The translations under genes were made by a program, and so were the position numbers. The notes below the pieces were generated by a model. It was not told where the DNA came from. It saw nothing but the letters and a program-made list of their open reading frames with translations, and made no database searches. A stretch of DNA of 64,000 nucleotides, from contig CBDCFW010000001.1 of the NCBI GenBank assembly GCA_965216465.1, positions 160,001 to 224,000 of the forward strand, in the 5' to 3' direction. Origin of the DNA: Bacteroidia bacterium. GTDB lineage: Bacteria; Bacteroidota; Bacteroidia; NS11-12g; UBA9320. Numbering within the stretch: position 1 is the first letter of the stretch; each line of letters starts with the position of its first letter. Below, in pieces: positions 57,517 to 64,000 of this stretch.

Positions 57517-58008
57517 TTGGAGACAATCGAAATATACACCGACGGCAGCTCGCTTGGAAACCCTGGTCCAGGTGGATATGGTATTGTCTTAAAATACAAA
57601 GGAGTAAAAAAAACTGCAAGCAAAGGCTATCGCAAAACAACCAATAATAGAATGGAACTTAGAGCGGTTATTGAAGCTTTAAAGTTGCTAAACATTAACG
57701 CTCGCGATAAAAAAATCAAGATCTATTCCGACTCCAAATACGTAATCGATGCCATTGAAAAAGGATGGGTTTACAGTTGGCATCGTAAGAACTACAAAGA
57801 CAAAAAGAACGCTGATTTATGGCGATTGTTTATGCAGTTCTACCAAGGATATGACATTTCATTTGAGTGGGTTAAAGGTCATAGCGGGGTTCCCGAGAAT
57901 GAAGAGTGCGATAAGCTGGCAAAAAAGGCTGCAGGTGCCAAAAAACTAGCTATTGACAATGGCTATGAAGCTCAATCACGATCAGATACAACGGATAAGC
58001 TGTTTTAA
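57517..58008 (+). CDS. rnhA: Ribonuclease HI
   Basis: YTDGSSLGNPGPGG, TTNNRMEL, DSKY, WVKGHSG..NE.CD.LA. Confidence 0.96.
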   Translation: METIEIYTDGSSLGNPGPGGYGIVLKYKGVKKTASKGYRKTTNNRMELRAVIEALKLLNINARDKKIKIYSDSKYVIDAIEKGWVYSWHRKNYKDKKNADLWRLFMQFYQGYDISFEWVKGHSGVPENEECDKLAKKAAGAKKLAIDNGYEAQSRSDTTDKLF

Positions 58009-58041
58009 ACGTCTTAATAGTATCTTTGTCAACTGACTAAC

Positions 58042-61000
58042 GTGAAAGCTATAAAGGCTATATCGCTGATCTATTTACTTTGCTTGGTTCATCTATCCTT
58101 TGGCCAGGTAAATGCTGATTTTTCAAGCGATTCAACTTCTGGCTGTGCACCGGTTACCATCAACTTTGAAGATAATAGTTCTGGCTCTAATTTGAGGTAC
58201 CTCTGGTCATTTGGCAACGGTAACATTTCAACAAAGCAAAATCCTTCTGCTATTTACTACCTTCCAGGGAAGTATACCGTTAGTTTGACCGTCACCGATC
58301 AAACCGGAACTAAATCAACCAAAACAGCAACGCAGTACATTACAGTATTTAAGAATCCTGAAGCTTTATTTTCGGGATCTCCACTAAAAGGTTGCAACCC
58401 GCTTCCAGTAAGCTTTGATCCCAATGTTAATTTAGGTGACACTGCAATTCGTGAATTCTTTTGGGATTTTGGTGATGGAAAAACATTAAAGCAAGACAGC
58501 CCCAATCACAGCTTTAACAACATTGGAAAGTATAATGTCTCGTTGCTTATAACCGACTACAATGGCTGTCAATCTAAACTGATAAAACGAAACTACATTG
58601 AGGTGATTCGAACACCTGAAGTAGACTTCGAAGTAGATAAGAATTTCTCATGCGATGCACCGTTTACCGTCCAGTTTACGGATAAATCGAAGAAAACACT
58701 TAACACAGATATTTACGAATGGGATTTTGGGGATGGTAATAAAAGCTCTGCACGAAATCCTTCTCATACCTATACAGCCAAAGGGCGATACACGGTAACG
58801 CTTACAATAAAAGCTGGAAACGGATGTGCTCCTGCCAAAATCAAAACGAACTTGATTAAAATTGGGGCCATAGTCCCAGATTTTGTCGTCGATAAGACTA
58901 AAATATGCAACCCCGATGAGGTCAACTTCACCACGACAACTTCTCCCCCAGGCTTAAAAACTTCTTGGGATTTTGGCGATGGATCAACTGGAGAGGGACC
59001 TTCTCCTGTACACACCTACGATACTGAAGGAAGCTATAATGTGACCATCTATGTCGAACAAAATTCAACATGTAAAGATTCGCTTACCAAATACAATTTC
59101 ATTACCGTAGTTAAGCCTCCGATTGCAGAATTTACCATTGACGATACCTTCTCTTGCAAGCTTCCTCATATTGTTTATACTCCTAGTAAAAGTAAACATC
59201 ACGTAAGACAAGAGTGGTATGTAAATGATAGCCTTTTTTCTAAAGAACAACATGGTTCGCTTGTAATAACCGAATATGGAACCTACGACTACAGACTTAA
59301 AGCCTATAACAGTTTTGGATGCGTTGACGAGGAGTTTATCCAAATTCGAGTGAACTCATTAGATGTAGAGCTTTCTAGTGACAAAATTGAAGGCTGCGTG
59401 CCGCTTACGGTTAATTTTAAAGACATTTCAACCCATGGGCAATCGGTTAGTGCAAAGTCCTGGAACTACGGTGATGGAACAATAGCAAACTTGAATACCG
59501 ATTCAACTACTCAAACCTTTACCGATACAGGAGTTTACGTCGTGACCCTTGAAGTTACTACAGCAGATGGATGCAGCGGTGAAGCCAGCCTAGAAATCAA
59601 AGTTGGGCAAAAAACAAATCCAGACTTTTCAGTAAATAAAGACACCTTCTGTAACAATGAAGAATTGGTAATCTACAACGAAACAGAGTTATTCAACCCA
59701 AAAGTTGAACGCATCCTATGGAATATTTTTTCTGACTCGAGTGACTTGCATGATTTTAAGGATTCAACTGAAAACCTGCCAGAAGAAAAAAATTATGACG
59801 AATGGCTTGATCGAGACTCTGGCTCATATCACATTGGTTTAATTGCCATTCGCAACGGATGCAGAGACACTACAATAAAATACGATGAGTTTTACATTCA
59901 TCCACCTTGGACCAACATCAACATGCTTCCTTATGACAGTTGTTTTGGTGATACGGTCTACTTTGTAAATGAATCAAAAGGGTACGATAGTCTAATCTGG
60001 GGCATTTATCCCGCTAAAATACCATCGTACGCAAGCACGGGTGACACCATTATGATTACCCGACAAAAGCACGGAACCACAGGTGTAACGTTAACAACTT
60101 CTAACTCTATTTCAAAATGCAGCCACTTCAAAGCGGCCCGTATTGAATTTGGTGAGCTCTTTGAACCTGACTTTGAATACGTTGGAGACCCTTGTGCCCC
60201 GGCTAACATGGTTTTTTCTGCTATAAAAGGTGATAGCCTTAAGCAAGATTATGAATACTATTGGACCGCAGATGGAGAGTACATAGGTTATGGTGGTAGC
60301 ATGTATATGGGCTTCGAACAGCCTGGAAGTCACACTGTTCAATTAAAAATGGTTCAAGATGTATCGGGTTGTGCAGATACTATTTCTAAGGCAGTAGCAG
60401 TAACTGGGCCAACCATTGAAGGTGAATTGACCTATACCGGTAGCTGTCCTCCTTTGGCACTTGAGCTCAAGTGTACTACAGACCCGTCGCAATACGACTC
60501 AGTTTATTGGGACCTTGGAGATCGCAAGGTGATGGTTACTTCGACTGCAACACTGTACGACTCACTATTTAAACCTGGAGCCGATACTGGCTATCATGAT
60601 GTTCGTTTAGTTGCTATTGATACGAACGGTTGTTCAGCGTACGAAAGTTTCCCTGTGTTTGTAGATGGTCCAGCCACCGCACACATTAAAACAAGAAGGT
60701 TTAGAGGCTGTAACGGAAACCAGTTTATCTTTAATGCAGAAACCCCAGGTTTCGACCCATCGGATTTTGAGTTTTTATGGGACCTAGGTAATGGCGACAC
60801 AAGCACACTTCAAAATGTAAATATCTACTACCCAGTTGATAGCACCTACCATATTACCTTAAAAATTAAGGATGAAAATGGCTGTGTTTCGACGTACAAT
60901 GAGACGATAATAATTGAACAAGAAAAGTTATATGCCAACTTTGAAGCTGATAGTATTGCCACCGATTGCCCACCCCTATTTGTTCAGTTTAAGAATAAAA

Positions 61001-63336
61001 GCATTGCGAAAAACAGAAGAATTACTTCTTATCTGTGGGAGTTTGGCGACGGTAGTACTTCTACATTAGAACATCCATCCAAACTGTACTTAACCGCAGG
61101 TAAATTTACCGTTAAACTGTACATAGAAGACGAGTGGGGATGCGAAGACTCAATCATTTTTCCCGAATTTGTAATTGTTAATGGTCCGGAGGGAAGCTAT
61201 ACCTTCGATAAGAAATCCGGATGTGTTCCATTGGAAGTTAATTTTGATAGTGAGACCTTACGCACTAGTGCTTATGAGTGGGATATGGGTGACGGAAATG
61301 TAATAGAAGACACCAATAAGTATACGCATAATTACACCTTGCCCGGCACATACATTCCGTTACTAATACTTAAAGACAGTTTTGGGTGCAGTTACACCCT
61401 CCCTCCTATTGATACCATTGAAGTATATCCTTACCCAGACCCTGATTTTGTATATTCTGGTACGTGCGTTAATTACCCGATTACGTTCTCTGCTTTTAAT
61501 AAGAACAATTCGACAACGGCAGAATTCATTTGGGAGATGATTTATGATACACACACCGATACAGTTTATGGAAAGGATGTAACTTATACATTCTTCGATA
61601 TTGATCAACCTCAGGTACAGTTAACCATAGTATCTGATAGTGGATGTGCTAACTCCATTAGTAAGCAGCTGTTGTTGAACAAGTTAGAAGCAAATTTTGA
61701 TTCCAAAAATGAAGCAAACTGTGTGGGTTCTATTATTGATTTGAAGAATTTAACCGTAAGTGACACTACAATCGTGAAAACCACATGGCTGATAGGTGAT
61801 AGCACGATTGAAGCAAATGAAACTTCATTTAGAGCTACAAAAATCGGCCCCATTGAAATTACGCTTATAGAAGAGAATATCTTAGGATGTATCGATACCC
61901 TAATCAGTCATACTGTAATAATTGGAGACACCATTCCTCCTCTAGATCCAGAAATGTTAAGAGTTACAGTAAATGATGATCACACCATTCAATTGGACTA
62001 CAAGAAAAGTACGATGGCTGATTTTAAATCGTATCTGATTTACAAAGACCTGGGAACAAGTTTTGAACCAATTGAGGAAGTTTTCGATGTGAATACGACT
62101 TCCGTATTTGACTATGGCAACGATGCCCTTTCACACAGTTACTGTTATAAGATTGAAGTTAAGAATACCTGCGACTTACTTTCAGACACATTCACCGACT
62201 TTAAACACTGTACTATAGAAACTAAGGCTAAGGGTGAGGAGAATAGGAATGTTGTTTCGTGGTCTCCTTATATTGGATGGGACTCTGTAGCAACCTATAC
62301 GGTGTTGAGAAAAGAAGTTAATGTACCTTCCACATTTCAGCCGATAGGAACTGTTATTTCTGACAGTTCAACTTACATTGACTCATTGCTTTATTGCAAC
62401 ATTGAATATGCCTACAAAGTGCAAGGAACAGAATGGAGTGGTAACAACCAGATTTCGTTCAGTGATACTGCTCAGGCGATGCCGGAATGGACTTACATCC
62501 CACCACCAAATAAGTTAATTAGGGTTACTGTGGAAGATGATCTTGAAATAAAAGTAGAATGGGATTCAAGTGCTAATTCAATTATTCCGATTGAGAAATA
62601 CATTATTGAAAAATCGCTAAATGGATCTACTTATTCCAAGATTTATGAGGGTCCTGCAGATGAGTTTAGTCTCATAGATTCTGATGTATTGGTTGACGAC
62701 CGTTCTTATTTCTATCGAACTTATGCCGTTGATGAATGCGAAGACACCACAGAAATTACAAACTTTGGCAAGTCGATACTACTCAATGCTGATACATCAG
62801 CAGATCAACGTCCGAAATTGGTGTGGAGTACGTACCTTGGGTGGACAGAACCCGTAGATTTCTATACCATTGAGATTAAGAATGAGGATAATACTTTCAC
62901 CGAGATTGCGTCGAGCACATCGCTTGACACCTTGCTAATTGATATTTGGACTGACCTTAACCAACGCCCAGATTATTGCTATCGCATAATTGGTCATAAA
63001 ACTTTGGTGAATGGAGAGTCTCGAGTTATCAGCATATCGAATGAAGATTGCTCGCCAGTACGTTCTGCAATATTCTACCCTAATGCCTTCACTCCTGATG
63101 GCAACGGAATAAACGACTTGTTTGTAACGCCTTCAATTTATATCAAAGAGTACCATATCCAAATTTACAATAGATGGGGTGAGCTCGTTTTTGAAAGCTT
63201 CGACAAGAATAAAAATTGGGATGGAATGTATTTAGGAGAACCGGCACAGCAGGATGCCTATGCCGTTATTGTGGTATCTACGGGTGTAGATAACGTAAGA
63301 AGAGTTCATCACGGAACTATAACACTACTGCGATGA
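58042..63336 (+). CDS. Large PKD-repeat surface protein with FN3-like domains and a T9SS type B (gliding-motility-associated) C-terminal domain
   Basis: Repeated W(D/S/N/E)FGDG...P.H.Y...G.Y.V.L motifs; C-terminal YPNAFTPDGNGINDLF...IYNRWGE...WDG; TATCTTTG promoter at 58021-58028. Confidence 0.92.
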   Translation: MKAIKAISLIYLLCLVHLSFGQVNADFSSDSTSGCAPVTINFEDNSSGSNLRYLWSFGNGNISTKQNPSAIYYLPGKYTVSLTVTDQTGTKSTKTATQYITVFKNPEALFSGSPLKGCNPLPVSFDPNVNLGDTAIREFFWDFGDGKTLKQDSPNHSFNNIGKYNVSLLITDYNGCQSKLIKRNYIEVIRTPEVDFEVDKNFSCDAPFTVQFTDKSKKTLNTDIYEWDFGDGNKSSARNPSHTYTAKGRYTVTLTIKAGNGCAPAKIKTNLIKIGAIVPDFVVDKTKICNPDEVNFTTTTSPPGLKTSWDFGDGSTGEGPSPVHTYDTEGSYNVTIYVEQNSTCKDSLTKYNFITVVKPPIAEFTIDDTFSCKLPHIVYTPSKSKHHVRQEWYVNDSLFSKEQHGSLVITEYGTYDYRLKAYNSFGCVDEEFIQIRVNSLDVELSSDKIEGCVPLTVNFKDISTHGQSVSAKSWNYGDGTIANLNTDSTTQTFTDTGVYVVTLEVTTADGCSGEASLEIKVGQKTNPDFSVNKDTFCNNEELVIYNETELFNPKVERILWNIFSDSSDLHDFKDSTENLPEEKNYDEWLDRDSGSYHIGLIAIRNGCRDTTIKYDEFYIHPPWTNINMLPYDSCFGDTVYFVNESKGYDSLIWGIYPAKIPSYASTGDTIMITRQKHGTTGVTLTTSNSISKCSHFKAARIEFGELFEPDFEYVGDPCAPANMVFSAIKGDSLKQDYEYYWTADGEYIGYGGSMYMGFEQPGSHTVQLKMVQDVSGCADTISKAVAVTGPTIEGELTYTGSCPPLALELKCTTDPSQYDSVYWDLGDRKVMVTSTATLYDSLFKPGADTGYHDVRLVAIDTNGCSAYESFPVFVDGPATAHIKTRRFRGCNGNQFIFNAETPGFDPSDFEFLWDLGNGDTSTLQNVNIYYPVDSTYHITLKIKDENGCVSTYNETIIIEQEKLYANFEADSIATDCPPLFVQFKNKSIAKNRRITSYLWEFGDGSTSTLEHPSKLYLTAGKFTVKLYIEDEWGCEDSIIFPEFVIVNGPEGSYTFDKKSGCVPLEVNFDSETLRTSAYEWDMGDGNVIEDTNKYTHNYTLPGTYIPLLILKDSFGCSYTLPPIDTIEVYPYPDPDFVYSGTCVNYPITFSAFNKNNSTTAEFIWEMIYDTHTDTVYGKDVTYTFFDIDQPQVQLTIVSDSGCANSISKQLLLNKLEANFDSKNEANCVGSIIDLKNLTVSDTTIVKTTWLIGDSTIEANETSFRATKIGPIEITLIEENILGCIDTLISHTVIIGDTIPPLDPEMLRVTVNDDHTIQLDYKKSTMADFKSYLIYKDLGTSFEPIEEVFDVNTTSVFDYGNDALSHSYCYKIEVKNTCDLLSDTFTDFKHCTIETKAKGEENRNVVSWSPYIGWDSVATYTVLRKEVNVPSTFQPIGTVISDSSTYIDSLLYCNIEYAYKVQGTEWSGNNQISFSDTAQAMPEWTYIPPPNKLIRVTVEDDLEIKVEWDSSANSIIPIEKYIIEKSLNGSTYSKIYEGPADEFSLIDSDVLVDDRSYFYRTYAVDECEDTTEITNFGKSILLNADTSADQRPKLVWSTYLGWTEPVDFYTIEIKNEDNTFTEIASSTSLDTLLIDIWTDLNQRPDYCYRIIGHKTLVNGESRVISISNEDCSPVRSAIFYPNAFTPDGNGINDLFVTPSIYIKEYHIQIYNRWGELVFESFDKNKNWDGMYLGEPAQQDAYAVIVVSTGVDNVRRVHHGTITLLR

Positions 63337-64000
63337 GTTATTTCTACGCTTGATTTCTTTCATAATCAAAGATAGTTCTCTGCCAGCTTGGCCTTTAACA
63401 CTTGTGTTTTCTTGAGCTCTTCTACTAAGGTAAGGAAGCACTTCACGAACAGGTCCATAAGGAAGATATTTAGCCACATTGAATCCAGCTTTTGCTAGGT
63501 TAAAACTGATATGGTCACTCATTCCATACAATTGAGCAAACCAAAATCGGCTATCTGATTTATCAATGTTATTGCTATCAATTAGCTTGGCCAAAAGGTA
63601 AGATGATTCTTCGTTATGCGTGCCTGCACACAGACTTACGATGTCTTTGTTTTCGAAACATAGTTCTAGTGCCTTATTATAATCTGCATCAGTCTCAGCT
63701 TTACTGTTTTGAATTGGATTTTCATAGCCCATATCTGCCGCACGTTCTCCTTCTTTCTCCATGTAAGCACCTCTAACCAATTTGTAACCAATTTTGTAGC
63801 CTTTCTCACGGGCAATTGCAATCTGCTTTTCCATTTCTTCAATACGGCCTTTGCGGTATAACTGAATGGTGTTATAGACTATGGCTGTTTCTTTGTTAAA
63901 CTTTTCCATGTTCGCATAGCTTACTGCATCAATTGGACTTTGAATCCAAGATTCTTCCGCATCTATAAAGATTTTGACCTTTTTATCGTGCGAACGCTTA
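63325..64000 (-). CDS. Proline dehydrogenase, 3' part (runs off window end)
   Basis: Frame open to 64000: IFIDAEESWIQ, KLVRGAYMEKE, GTHNEES, QLYGMSD, KYLPYGP..RRAQEN. Confidence 0.93.
   Translation of the reverse strand, partial: KRSHDKKVKIFIDAEESWIQSPIDAVSYANMEKFNKETAIVYNTIQLYRKGRIEEMEKQIAIAREKGYKIGYKLVRGAYMEKEGERAADMGYENPIQNSKAETDADYNKALELCFENKDIVSLCAGTHNEESSYLLAKLIDSNNIDKSDSRFWFAQLYGMSDHISFNLAKAGFNVAKYLPYGPVREVLPYLSRRAQENTSVKGQAGRELSLIMKEIKRRNNSSQ

Noticed and set aside
58100-61400. Recurrent TGGGATTTTGG motifs
   Set aside because: These are protein-level PKD repeats (WDFGDG), not DNA elements.

Overview
AT-rich Bacteroidota chromosome segment, judged from TAnnTTTG -7 promoters, T9SS C-terminal sorting domains and Bacteroidota-type gene orders. 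Most of the window is housekeeping: glmM, rnpB, an NtrC-family regulator, tsaC, hscB, rseP, folB, gcdH, a thiolase, pdxH, ffh, gatC, ldh-nusB-yajC-coaE, dapD, a complete aa3-type cytochrome c oxidase operon, recA, exbB/exbD/tonB, folC, rnhA, a 1764-aa PKD protein and proline dehydrogenase. The standout is an accessory region (~5186-8860) beside tRNA-Leu(CAA). It holds a polar array of four ~61-nt structured repeats. Each repeat starts within a few nt of a stop codon or tRNA 3' end and is followed by the start of a four-helix-bundle (23S-IVP/Avd-like) gene. Two genes are intact and ~98% identical at an exact 428-bp period; the other two are a 17-codon stub and a ~3-codon stub, with unrelated cargo genes between them. 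The repeat cores show compensatory changes and one loop inversion, and the array abuts a duplicated CCA-bearing tRNA 3' end. No integrase or reverse transcriptase is visible in the window. Secondary oddities are an N-terminal cytochrome c fused to CoxB (possible ACIII deletion scar), an apparently circularly permuted T9SS beta-propeller, and a lipoprotein gene split by a 1-nt frameshift in a T tract. Family calls come from motif recognition only; no searches were run.
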